Of a stretch of DNA of 64,000 nucleotides, positions 49,783 through 59,181 are shown piece after piece. This DNA comes from an uncultured Candidatus Saccharibacteria bacterium (lineage in GTDB: Bacteria > Patescibacteriota > Minisyncoccia > Phycocordibacterales > PALSA-1337), in assembly GCA_964470105.1 (NCBI GenBank), contig CAYXZI010000004.1, positions 5,271 through 69,270 of the forward strand, given 5' to 3'. Position numbers and translations under genes: made by a program. Each line of letters starts with the position of its first letter. Positions within the stretch are counted from its first letter, which is position 1. The notes under the pieces are model-generated. The model searched no databases, was not told the origin of the DNA, and worked only from the letters and a program-made list of their open reading frames with translations.

Positions 49783-51558
49783 TTAAATCAAAATAGCTTT
49801 TATTCTTCTAACACCTTGAGATGAAGCTTCTTCCTTTTGAATTTTAAATACGCCTAGCTCATTAGTATTCTTTACATGTGGACCTCCGCAGAACTCCTTT
49901 GAATATGCTGATTTAAGATCATTACCGATATAGTATATTGAAATTGTATCTCCATACTTTTCACCAAAGAAATGTCTCGCGCCTGTTTTTTCTGCCTCTG
50001 CCTTTGGTAGACTTATATTTTGTACAGGTAGTGCTTGTTTAATCTTCTCATTAACAATATCTTCTACTTTCTTCTTCTCTTCATCTGTCATTTTCTTATC
50101 GTAAGAGAAATCAAAACGTAGTCTCTCTGGAGTTATATTTGAACCCTTCTGACCCACACCCTCTCCAAGAACATCATGTAATGCTTGATGGAGTAGGTGT
50201 GTAGCAGTATGATATCTTACTGACATTTCACTTGTATCAGCAAGACCTCCTTTAAACTTTTGTTCAGCTCCGGAACGGGATAGGTCCTGATGCTTTTTAA
50301 ATTCTTGGTTAAATTTCTCTATATCAACCTTAATTCCCTTTTCCTTTGCAAGCTCTAGAGTCAATTCAAGTGGAAAACCGTAACTTGAAAAAAGTGTAAA
50401 AGCATCTACTCCTTTCTCAAATTCCCTTAATCCCTTTTCTAGAGTTTTTCTGAACTTTTCTTCTTCCTGATTAATTTCATGTTGAATATGATCTAAATTA
50501 GATCCGATGACTGGATATGAATCTCTATACACACCAGCAACGACAACAGCAAGATCCTTCAAACTGTATTCTTTCAATCCTAAATGCTGTGCATTCATAA
50601 TTGCACGCCTCAAAAGACGTCTTAGGATATATCCTCTGTCAGTGTTTGAAGGAAGAACACCATCTGCAATTAAAAAAACAGAGGAACGGATGTGATCAGC
50701 AATTATTCTTGCTGATTTTAGATCCCATTTACTAGATTTACTCTTTATTTCATCCATCAATGGTTTGAGTAGGTCAGTATCGTATATATTATCAACACCT
50801 TGTAAGGTCATAGTGAGTCTTTCTAGCCCTGCTCCGGTATCAACAGATGGTTTTGGTAATTTACCAACTATCTTTCCATCCCTCTTCTCATACTGCATAA
50901 ATACATCATTCCAGACCTCCACCACATGTCTTACATCATCAGCCTTTACATATTCATCATGAGTAAGACCTCTACCGCCATAGGTATTTGATACATCATA
51001 AAACATTTCAGTATCTGGACCGCATGGACCATTATCTCCTGCTTCCCACCAGTTATTCTTTGCGGGTAAATAGAAAATCCTATTACCCTCTATATTATTC
51101 TTCTTAAAAATCTCCTTCCAAATATCCGCAGCTTCCTCATCTCTAGGAGCATTCTCATCACCTTCAAATACAGTTACATATAGGCGTCTAGGATCAAGAC
51201 CGAGTCCTTCAGTTTTTGATGTAAGAAATTCATAACTCCAATTTATTGCATCTGTTTTGAAATAGTCGCCAAGGGACCAGTTACCGAGCATTTCAAAAAA
51301 TGTGGCATGTGTTTTATCCCCAATATCATCAATATCAACAGTACGTAAAACCTTTTGTGAATCAACTAATCTCTTGCCCTTTGGATGTTCTTTTCCGAGA
51401 AGATACGGCACTAGAGGCTGCATGCCTGCGGTATTAAAGAGTGTGGAATTAGTCACACCCTTTTCATCTGGAGTTACTAGAGAAGCAGAAGGGATTATAA
51501 CGTGCCCTCTTTTCTCAAAAAAATTAAGGAATTTACTACGTATTTCACTTGATGTCAT
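49783..51558 (-). CDS. alaS: Alanine--tRNA ligase (no C-Ala domain)
   Basis: LF.TAGMQP, H.TFFEMLGNWS.GDYFK, DTG.GLER, HTATHLLH.AL, EFCGGPHV, GVRRI.A. Confidence 0.97.
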   Translation of the reverse strand: MTSSEIRSKFLNFFEKRGHVIIPSASLVTPDEKGVTNSTLFNTAGMQPLVPYLLGKEHPKGKRLVDSQKVLRTVDIDDIGDKTHATFFEMLGNWSLGDYFKTDAINWSYEFLTSKTEGLGLDPRRLYVTVFEGDENAPRDEEAADIWKEIFKKNNIEGNRIFYLPAKNNWWEAGDNGPCGPDTEMFYDVSNTYGGRGLTHDEYVKADDVRHVVEVWNDVFMQYEKRDGKIVGKLPKPSVDTGAGLERLTMTLQGVDNIYDTDLLKPLMDEIKSKSSKWDLKSARIIADHIRSSVFLIADGVLPSNTDRGYILRRLLRRAIMNAQHLGLKEYSLKDLAVVVAGVYRDSYPVIGSNLDHIQHEINQEEEKFRKTLEKGLREFEKGVDAFTLFSSYGFPLELTLELAKEKGIKVDIEKFNQEFKKHQDLSRSGAEQKFKGGLADTSEMSVRYHTATHLLHQALHDVLGEGVGQKGSNITPERLRFDFSYDKKMTDEEKKKVEDIVNEKIKQALPVQNISLPKAEAEKTGARHFFGEKYGDTISIYYIGNDLKSAYSKEFCGGPHVKNTNELGVFKIQKEEASSQGVRRIKAILI

Positions 51559-51637
51559 GACAGGAGTTTAGCATAAAATACATTAAATATTAAGTACGAA
51601 GAAGCGGGTGTGCAAAGCACACCCGCCCATCTCTTCT

Positions 51638-51823
51638 TCAGAGTTCCTCTAGGGATGGATCTCCAAATGGATCTCCTCTAGTGGTGATTGCAAGCAGCAA
51701 CACAATTGCCACTACTACCACCACCGATACGAGAAGCGTTAGGCCCTCAAGCATCGCCTTCATGTATCCTTTGGTTGCGGAGTCGAGCTCCTGGTTGACT
51801 AAGAGGTCGATTCCCGCAGCCAA
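51638..51823 (-). CDS. Orphan cassette membrane protein (~61 aa, TTG start uncertain)
   Basis: TTGACT-N17-TAGTAT promoter; one TM helix; terminator GGGCGGGTGTGC/GCACACCCGCTT at ~51602-51628. Confidence 0.55.
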   Translation of the reverse strand: MAAGIDLLVNQELDSATKGYMKAMLEGLTLLVSVVVVVAIVLLLAITTRGDPFGDPSLEEL

Positions 51824-51865
51824 TTTTCTAAAATAAATACTACGACTATTTTATATATTAGTCAA

Positions 51866-53668
51866 TTATTTGTTTTTCAATATCCACTTCCTGTACTTCT
51901 CTTCCATATCTTCAAAACTCTTTTTATTAGTAGCTACTACTTGCTTACCATGAACTAGCATGATCTTTGCATTTAGTTTTACTGGTTTTGTATACAATGG
52001 TACCTTAGATAACTTTCGGATTCTCTCTTTTGCCACCCTAAGCATTTCATCCATAGATCTAGTGATATTTCTAATGTATGCATCTGGTTTTAATTCTTTT
52101 TTAGTAGCGATTTTTACAAATTCTCTTGTTGTATACAGCGAACCAAGTTCCCAAACCTTAATCATTTCCTTTCCAACCTTTGGGTTATCTACTATATATC
52201 CATACTTATCAAAAAAATATTCTCTCCATTGATTAAGCGCTAATTCAGCTATACCGTAGCCATGATAGTATGCGGAGCTTTCCCAAGTATATATATGTGG
52301 AACATTCAATATTGATATTGAATCCTCTGACCTATCAAAATATTTACGATTCACATCTTTAGCTGTTTCTATGACAAACTCCTTTGTTAGATTTTTACAT
52401 TCATATATCCTTCTTTCAAACTCCATAACAAAATTAATATGCATCATATCCAAACAAATAAGTGGATGTGTTGCCTTTAACTTTCTTTCAAAAAGTTCAA
52501 ATGGATATGCATTACCCTCCTTATCCTTGGCGTACCTCATTTTCCATTCAATACTACTTGAAATTGTATCCATAAATTGACTATGTGTTTCCGCCCACGA
52601 TACAGAAGCTGGAGGATATTCTGTATTCAAACATGAATCTTTTTGAATTGAGTTTAATCTATCTGCAGCATGTCCTGCTTCATGAAAGACAGTATCAATA
52701 CCATCAACACCAGAACCAATTTGTGATGGAATAGCGGTAGAAGTAAATCCAGCAGAGCCAGGAAGAAAATTACCCTTTGTATCATATCTTACAAGTTCTG
52801 GGTAGTGACAGAAACCATTATCCCACTTACCTTTGCGATCAAGAAGATCAAGCTTCAAAGTACCTCCTCTGTACCCTATACCCAAAGCCGAAAAAGATCT
52901 TCCCCAAAGAGATATAACATTTTCAAATTGGAAATACTTATCCTCCTCTTTTGTAAAATCTCCAGTCATCATGTATCCAAAGTTCCATGGCTTTCTTAAT
53001 CCAGGTTTTTCCTTTTCCAATTCTCTAATATTCTTGAAACCGTATTTTGTCTTTTCATATATCAGATCGAAGACTTTAAACAATTCTTCCTTTGTCATTC
53101 CCTCGTCCAGCTTTGCTTTATACGCATAAAAATCCTCAAAACCTAGAATATTTGCATATTGATTTCTTAGCTTAATCACCTCTATATATGTATCAATCGT
53201 ATCAAGAGGAAGTTTCTCTAGAGCATCAAAACACGCTTTTCTGATAGCTTCATCTGGGTTAGTACGCATCAATGTCCTCATCTTGTTTCTAGACGCTTCG
53301 ACAAATATATTAGTATTTGGATCTATATATCCCTCTTTCCTACTACTATGTGCTTTTAAAATCTTTTCTTCTAGAATTGCAATTTGTTTACGAACAGGAA
53401 TCGCTTCATCTGGTGTTTGATACAAGCCAAAAAACTTATCCCATATCTGTAACCTTCTTTTCTCTTCTCCTTTACTCACAAGTATTGCTTTCTCTACTTT
53501 TTCCTTTAGTTTTTTGTTAGAACGAAAGGCATCACGTTTTTCTAGTGCAGCATTCATTTTCTTTCCATCTTTCACAATACCCATATACTTATCCCAAAAG
53601 GCCTTCTCGTAGTTTGAGTGAAGTTTGTTGTGAGTAGAGTTAAGTGAATTAATTAATTTATTCCGCAT
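51866..53668 (-). CDS. M3-family zinc metallo-oligopeptidase
   Basis: DL..R.GK..NGFC, FHEAGHA (HExxH), AET.SQFM, YYHGY. Confidence 0.8.
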   Translation of the reverse strand: MRNKLINSLNSTHNKLHSNYEKAFWDKYMGIVKDGKKMNAALEKRDAFRSNKKLKEKVEKAILVSKGEEKRRLQIWDKFFGLYQTPDEAIPVRKQIAILEEKILKAHSSRKEGYIDPNTNIFVEASRNKMRTLMRTNPDEAIRKACFDALEKLPLDTIDTYIEVIKLRNQYANILGFEDFYAYKAKLDEGMTKEELFKVFDLIYEKTKYGFKNIRELEKEKPGLRKPWNFGYMMTGDFTKEEDKYFQFENVISLWGRSFSALGIGYRGGTLKLDLLDRKGKWDNGFCHYPELVRYDTKGNFLPGSAGFTSTAIPSQIGSGVDGIDTVFHEAGHAADRLNSIQKDSCLNTEYPPASVSWAETHSQFMDTISSSIEWKMRYAKDKEGNAYPFELFERKLKATHPLICLDMMHINFVMEFERRIYECKNLTKEFVIETAKDVNRKYFDRSEDSISILNVPHIYTWESSAYYHGYGIAELALNQWREYFFDKYGYIVDNPKVGKEMIKVWELGSLYTTREFVKIATKKELKPDAYIRNITRSMDEMLRVAKERIRKLSKVPLYTKPVKLNAKIMLVHGKQVVATNKKSFEDMEEKYRKWILKNK

Positions 53669-54495
53669 ACAGTCTTGATTTCAGCCAGCACCTCGTCCTT
53701 TTCTTTCTGATTCATACCAATCTCATCTAATATCTTTGCATTATTATATATATCAGTACAAAGCACAATGCCCTTCTTTAATAGCTCCTTTTTATGAGAA
53801 TTGGAAAGAGATATTAAACACGTAAATGGATGAAGGTGTAGTTCTTCAATTATATCTTGTAAATTACCTTTATGAGGATAGTTCCAGCCTAGCATTTTAA
53901 TACCGTTGCACTCACCATAGCGTATTGCTTGATCAGTGAACTTTGTATTAGTAATTAACCAACCCTCATCCAGTTTTCTAACTACTCCGCCGTAATTAAA
54001 CATATTTCCCCGTAGATCATCAAATCTAGCTTTTATATATAGCGCTACTTTCAGATCAGATTTCAAAGCGAGCTCATTATGGAACTTAGCTTCAACCATC
54101 ATTAGTTTGTCTTTGTTCCAAGCAACCACATCAACTTCATGTGGCACACAAACACCTAATACAGTCTGATCAGTTAATGTCTCATAGCCCCAAGATTGAA
54201 ATATCTTGGCAACATATTTTTCAAAAGGAAATCCGTCTGGACCAAGTTCGGAGAGTGCTCTACGCAAAGAGTATTTGATAGCGACTGGCATAGAGTGACT
54301 ACGAAGTAGCTTAAATGCCCTTGAATATATTTCACTAGTCGGCATACCATCGTACATTTCCTTGGCTACGTGCTCTATGATGTCATCAATAATTTCATCA
54401 CTACCACCAGCGTTTTTAAGGGAATCAACTAGCTTTTGTTCTTCGAATAGCTCTTTTGTTCCATCGGCTTTAGTTATGGTTATGAGGTGGTTCAT
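53653..54495 (-). CDS. ATP-cone domain plus Mrr-like PD-(D/E)xK endonuclease
   Basis: ITKADG..E.F...KL..SL ATP cone; FEKYV, EVDVVA, VEAKFH, ITNT.FT..A..Y. Confidence 0.8.
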   Translation of the reverse strand: MNHLITITKADGTKELFEEQKLVDSLKNAGGSDEIIDDIIEHVAKEMYDGMPTSEIYSRAFKLLRSHSMPVAIKYSLRRALSELGPDGFPFEKYVAKIFQSWGYETLTDQTVLGVCVPHEVDVVAWNKDKLMMVEAKFHNELALKSDLKVALYIKARFDDLRGNMFNYGGVVRKLDEGWLITNTKFTDQAIRYGECNGIKMLGWNYPHKGNLQDIIEELHLHPFTCLISLSNSHKKELLKKGIVLCTDIYNNAKILDEIGMNQKEKDEVLAEIKTVCGIN

Positions 54496-54578
54496 GGAAT
54501 TATTATATCAGATGTTTAATTAACGAAAAACCCCACCGTAGGGTGGGGCAATTGCTTTCTGCTAACTTGTTGTTGATG

Positions 54579-54866
54579 CTAGTTGATCAACCTACCGTAG
54601 AAGTTTCTCCTTGATATCGGAGTCACTCCAAGATCATATTGTTCTTCCACGACCACAAGATGATCTCGTATCATGAGATCAAGAATCCTTCGCAGCTGGA
54701 AATCGAAAACGTAAATATGACTGTTGCGAAGACTTCTTTGGATGTCACTTAGCCTGTATCGGCGACCGTCCTTCATAAATCTTAGGATATGGTTTCCAGC
54801 GCATTGCTGCATCCATATTGAATACATGACAATTCCGAGCGGAATCAGAAAGATAAAAGTTTTCAT
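54579..54866 (-). CDS. Orphan: N-terminal TM helix plus predicted winged helix
   Basis: Hydrophobic N-terminus, then IL..M......LSDI...L......LRRILD.M....V; terminator CCCCACC/GGTGGGG at 54531-54548. Confidence 0.6.
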   Translation of the reverse strand: MKTFIFLIPLGIVMYSIWMQQCAGNHILRFMKDGRRYRLSDIQRSLRNSHIYVFDFQLRRILDLMIRDHLVVVEEQYDLGVTPISRRNFYGRLIN

Positions 54867-54879
54867 CTTATCAAAGCTG

Positions 54880-55179
54880 TTATAGCGTGAGTCGCCACTT
54901 TTGAATTGGTTGATTGAGTCCGTAGCATGGATCTAGTGTACGTGCTATTTCCCCATGCTTAACCATCTCCCGGATAACTGAGTACAATGTACAGTCAGTT
55001 ACTGTAATACCGCGCTGTGAGAGTTCAATCCTAATCTCCATCACACCCATCGTCTCGACTGGAGACAGGACGAGCTTAACAAAGTGCTTCAGATTCTCCT
55101 TTTTTCGTTGTCTCTCAGTACTTACCCACCAAATCAGAACGAGGGAGGTGAAGAATATACCGACTAATTCAACTTTCAT
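54880..55179 (-). CDS. Orphan: N-terminal TM helix plus predicted winged helix
   Basis: TM helix, then V..VL.....M...EI..EL..RG..V...TLY..I..M...G.I; promoter TTGAAA-N17-TAGTCT. Confidence 0.6.
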   Translation of the reverse strand: MKVELVGIFFTSLVLIWWVSTERQRKKENLKHFVKLVLSPVETMGVMEIRIELSQRGITVTDCTLYSVIREMVKHGEIARTLDPCYGLNQPIQKWRLTL

Positions 55180-55267
55180 AAGCCCTATATGGTAAACAGC
55201 AGCTTGATTACTGCTATTGATGATTGACGATCATCTACCAACAGACTACACCTATAAGTACTTTTTT

Positions 55268-56305
55268 TCAATCAATAATTCCCCCACCAAGACAAATCTC
55301 TCCATCATAAAATACTAATGACTGTCCAGAAGAAATTGTGTACTGAGGATCTGTAAATACTACTGTCTTCTCATCGACAAACAATATTTCTTGTAGAGTC
55401 TCTCTGTATCGTGCTCGTGCATGTAACTTTTTTCCAATTAATGATTTACCTTGATTCCAATTAATGTCTCTTAGAGTAATTCTAGTAATTCCATTTGGTA
55501 AATTCCCTTCTGCATTTTTGTTAGCCACAGTAATTGTATTTTTTTTAATATCTTTTGAGACGACATAATATGGTTCATCATTGGGAGTCTTTTTTAGAAT
55601 ATTAAATCCATGTCGTTCTCCGATGGTAAAGAAAAAAGCACCATCATGTTCACCAATTGCTTCTCCATTTATATTTAGAACATCTCCTTTCTTTGAATCA
55701 ATGTAGTGGGATAAAAATTCTTTAATATCTATTTTTCCAATGAAACATAGTCCTTGGCTATCTTTCTTCTCTGCATTAGGTAAATTGAACTTTTTAGCTA
55801 ATTTTCTTACCTCTGGTTTCTCAATGTTACCTACGGGGAATATAGTTTTACCCAATTGTTCCTTGTTTAATGTCCAGAGGAAATATGTCTGATCCTTGTT
55901 TTTATCGTTGCCTGCTATGAGCTTTCCATCTATAACTTGAGCATAGTGACCGGTAGCGACAAAGTCTGCTCCTTGTTTCATAGCCCAGTCGTAAAACCCT
56001 CCAAACTTTACGTAACGATTACACATCACATCAGGATTTGGTGTTCTCCCAGCCCTATATTCACTTATCATATAGTCTACTACCTCTTCCTTGTATTCCT
56101 TTTCTAGATCAAGGGTGATAAATGGTATTTCAAGCTTGGCAGCTACTCTCATGGCATCCATTCTGTCTTCCTTCCATGTACAGTTTATCCAATCTGGTTG
56201 CCAGACTTTTATAAATACTCCAGTTACGTCGTACCCCGCTTTTTTAAGCAAAGCAGCAGAAACAGAGCTATCAACTCCACCTGACATACCTATATATACC
56301 TTCAT
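55268..56305 (-). CDS. mnmA: tRNA 2-thiouridine synthase MnmA
   Basis: GMSGGVDSS, TPNPDV.CN, ATGHYA, KDQTYFL, DSQG.CF.G. Start approximate. Confidence 0.96.
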   Translation of the reverse strand: MKVYIGMSGGVDSSVSAALLKKAGYDVTGVFIKVWQPDWINCTWKEDRMDAMRVAAKLEIPFITLDLEKEYKEEVVDYMISEYRAGRTPNPDVMCNRYVKFGGFYDWAMKQGADFVATGHYAQVIDGKLIAGNDKNKDQTYFLWTLNKEQLGKTIFPVGNIEKPEVRKLAKKFNLPNAEKKDSQGLCFIGKIDIKEFLSHYIDSKKGDVLNINGEAIGEHDGAFFFTIGERHGFNILKKTPNDEPYYVVSKDIKKNTITVANKNAEGNLPNGITRITLRDINWNQGKSLIGKKLHARARYRETLQEILFVDEKTVVFTDPQYTISSGQSLVFYDGEICLGGGIID

Positions 56306-56402
56306 ATTTCTTGTTTTCAGCATACCTTGACTTTTATGTATGTTTAGTATATAATATATATCGGATTTGAGCAATGGAGCTCATTTCAAACCTAGAATTG
56401 AA

Positions 56403-56867
56403 ATGTACTTAACCGTATCAACGATCTTCGTCATCTCAACCACCGCGATGATCATCACGAGCATCTACCTCGCCATCAAGGCCAGGAGGTGGAGTCTGTT
56501 GGTGACGGTCGTGTTCTGTGCAATCATCATCCCGTTTAGCTTTTACAAAATGGCAAAACGGGTAATGCACTCGGACTCCACAGTCCCAACTATAACATCA
56601 GTGACAAACGGACTCTACCAAGTCCTTGGCACATACGAGGATGCCGGTGGATACCTCAGCATAGTCCACCGTAGGCAAATCCAATCCGTCATTGTTGAGA
56701 AGAAGTTGGTTGAAACAATACCAGCTGATCCGCTTCCGACATTGATGAGAACGGAATTCCCTGTCACGTCCGGCACGAATGTTCTGGACAACTACCTCAT
56801 CGAGGTAGGCACTGACAAGAGCGCACCATTCGTGCGCGACTACACGCCATTCAAGTATTTCAAATAG
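56403..56867 (+). CDS. Orphan cassette membrane protein (2 TM plus soluble domain)
   Basis: TTGACT-N17-TATAAT promoter, GC-richer ORF, hairpins at 56868-56884 and 56898-56926. Confidence 0.7.
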   Translation: MYLTVSTIFVISTTAMIITSIYLAIKARRWSLLVTVVFCAIIIPFSFYKMAKRVMHSDSTVPTITSVTNGLYQVLGTYEDAGGYLSIVHRRQIQSVIVEKKLVETIPADPLPTLMRTEFPVTSGTNVLDNYLIEVGTDKSAPFVRDYTPFKYFK

Positions 56868-56925
56868 GGACCCTCGTGGTCCCCCCAACACAAACCAGCC
56901 CGCCCCATAAAGGCGGGCAAGTTTT

Positions 56926-57882
56926 TTATCTTAAATACTTACTAATATTTAATAGATGACCTTCGTAGGTGGTAGCGTAATACATTTTTCCATCCCTGCC
57001 AGTGAGATAGAAATAGTATTTTGATGAAACTGGTTCTATTGTAGCCTTTATAGCTTCTATACCTGGATTACTTATCGGACCCTTAGGTAAACCCTTATAT
57101 TTATATGTATTGTATGGTGAATCAATCTTTAGATCATCAAAAGTTACTCCACTAGTTTTACCTGTAAGATAGTAGAATGGTGGGTCGACTTGTAGAAACA
57201 TTCCCTCTTTTAGTCTTTTCCATAATATTCCAGATACCATTTTTCTATCCTCAATATTATTTGCTTCCTCTTCAACAATAGATGCCATGGTTACAATATC
57301 AAAAAGTGGTTTATTAAAATTCTTAATCTCTAAAGCCAGTGGTGCTATCTTTTTATTAAAGTTATCCTTCATTGTCCGTATTACCTCTTCTGGTTTAACA
57401 TTAGAATAGAAATTATATGTATCAGGATATAGAAACCCTTCCTCTGATTTAGCTAGAGATACAAAACGTGCAGCATTAAAGCTTGGTAAGGCCTTTAGGT
57501 ATATATATGCCATATCTGATACATTTGTACCCTCTGGTATTGTTACTCTCACTTTCACCTGTCTCTGATCTCCACTTACCATTCTTTTTGCAATAGTTAA
57601 CATATTCTCTCCTCCAGAGAATCTGTAGTCTCCAGTCTTTATACCCTTATTTCCAGAAAGGATAGTAATTGATATTTTAAATATCAGTTTTGAAGAAATC
57701 ATATTCATATTAAAAAGATCTTGAGCCACCTTACTAACTGATGCCCCCTTTTCTACTTCAAATTCAAATTGCTTTGTTGGAAAATCTTTCGGAGGTTGTG
57801 AAAGTACTGAGACACATAATACAATCACTATGGCAATCAAAAAACTTATATTTAATACTAAATGTTTTTTAAATTGAGACAT
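56926..57882 (-). CDS. mltG: Endolytic transglycosylase MltG
   Basis: VTIPEG, EGFLYPDTY, MASIVEEE, SPYNTY...GLP.GPISNPG. Confidence 0.93.
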   Translation of the reverse strand: MSQFKKHLVLNISFLIAIVIVLCVSVLSQPPKDFPTKQFEFEVEKGASVSKVAQDLFNMNMISSKLIFKISITILSGNKGIKTGDYRFSGGENMLTIAKRMVSGDQRQVKVRVTIPEGTNVSDMAYIYLKALPSFNAARFVSLAKSEEGFLYPDTYNFYSNVKPEEVIRTMKDNFNKKIAPLALEIKNFNKPLFDIVTMASIVEEEANNIEDRKMVSGILWKRLKEGMFLQVDPPFYYLTGKTSGVTFDDLKIDSPYNTYKYKGLPKGPISNPGIEAIKATIEPVSSKYYFYLTGRDGKMYYATTYEGHLLNISKYLR

Positions 57883-57883
57883 A

Positions 57884-59137
57884 CTATATCGGTAGATTTG
57901 AAGGAGCTTCTGATTTCTTTGAAGGTATACGATTTAGACTTGGTGTTGCAGCCACAGCACCAGGTAGGTGGTATATAGTTGCTAATTCTTCTGTGCTCAA
58001 TACAAAGAACTTACTAACGAACGGTTCATAGAAAAATGATCTTCTCTTAAACGCCTCCAAAACTAGTCTAGCCTGCTTGTTCTGTCTATATCCCTTATAG
58101 TCTTCCCATGGATCATTCTTAAATTTTGCTGACCACTTATCACCATTAGGTTTAAAGCCGTTAAAGTTTTCTGTATGGAAATGCTTAAATGAAGAGATAA
58201 TACCACCAATACCATTCGGTTTATCGAAAGAATCCTTTTTAGTAATATATATCGCCCTAACACCCACATCAAAAGCTAGTTTACCCATATTTCTCTCTAT
58301 TGCTTTAATTACCTCCTTTTCTCCATCTGAGAGTGTTGGTGGTATAACTCTTCCTGTTTCTTTATCTTTCTTACCGACAACTTTTGTCTTTGCATCACGC
58401 ACCATGATCTCGTTTATGAGATCAATTGCTTCTTTCTTATACATATCTCCCTTCTTCCATAGATGTTCAGGCATTCTTTGATCCTTTATATGAGCTCGAA
58501 TTATATACTGTATCCAAACCCTCTGATATGGTCCCTGACTACCCAAAAATTCTATGAGTGGTGTCATGGGATCAATCTTAAATTCCTCTTTTGGATCCTT
58601 ATCTAATCCATAATCAATATATGTCTTCAATGGATATGGATCTGCTTTTGTCAGGATAAATTCACCTCCCCACATTTTACTTTCAGCTGGATCAAACTGT
58701 ACACCTAATGTATAGTCTTTTGCTTCGTGAATTTCAATACCTGGGAACTGCGAATAGAATGCAGCCATAACTCCATTCTTTCTTCTGTCTTCTGTTCTTA
58801 TGAAAAACTTTACCACCCCCTCTAAAGAAACTATTTCTAGTGAATATGATGGCCTCTTCTCTCCTTTCCAGTATTGAGCAAAACCGCTACCGTCAGATGT
58901 GTTATGTAGGGAATTTAGAACCAGCTCCATAGCTAGTGGAGACTTTAACATTTCTCTTGGTAGTTTAATTTCTAGCAATGCGTATTTAAGAGAATATATC
59001 CATTCAGAACGTACATAATTTACCCACAATGGCCAGAAGACCATTGATAGTATAAATGCCAAAATAATTGGCGATATTGGCACTACGTAAGTAGTCAGAG
59101 CACTAAATACCTGATCTTGTATCAACGAAAGAATCAT
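57884..59137 (-). CDS. Hypothetical membrane-anchored protein
   Basis: TM helix; LLEIKLP.E..KSP.AME, YP.KTY, ELATIYH.P. Function unknown. Confidence 0.7.
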   Translation of the reverse strand: MILSLIQDQVFSALTTYVVPISPIILAFILSMVFWPLWVNYVRSEWIYSLKYALLEIKLPREMLKSPLAMELVLNSLHNTSDGSGFAQYWKGEKRPSYSLEIVSLEGVVKFFIRTEDRRKNGVMAAFYSQFPGIEIHEAKDYTLGVQFDPAESKMWGGEFILTKADPYPLKTYIDYGLDKDPKEEFKIDPMTPLIEFLGSQGPYQRVWIQYIIRAHIKDQRMPEHLWKKGDMYKKEAIDLINEIMVRDAKTKVVGKKDKETGRVIPPTLSDGEKEVIKAIERNMGKLAFDVGVRAIYITKKDSFDKPNGIGGIISSFKHFHTENFNGFKPNGDKWSAKFKNDPWEDYKGYRQNKQARLVLEAFKRRSFFYEPFVSKFFVLSTEELATIYHLPGAVAATPSLNRIPSKKSEAPSNLPI

Positions 59138-59181
59138 ACGTTGATATTATACCAGCTTTCTATTTTATGGACTACTGTAAC

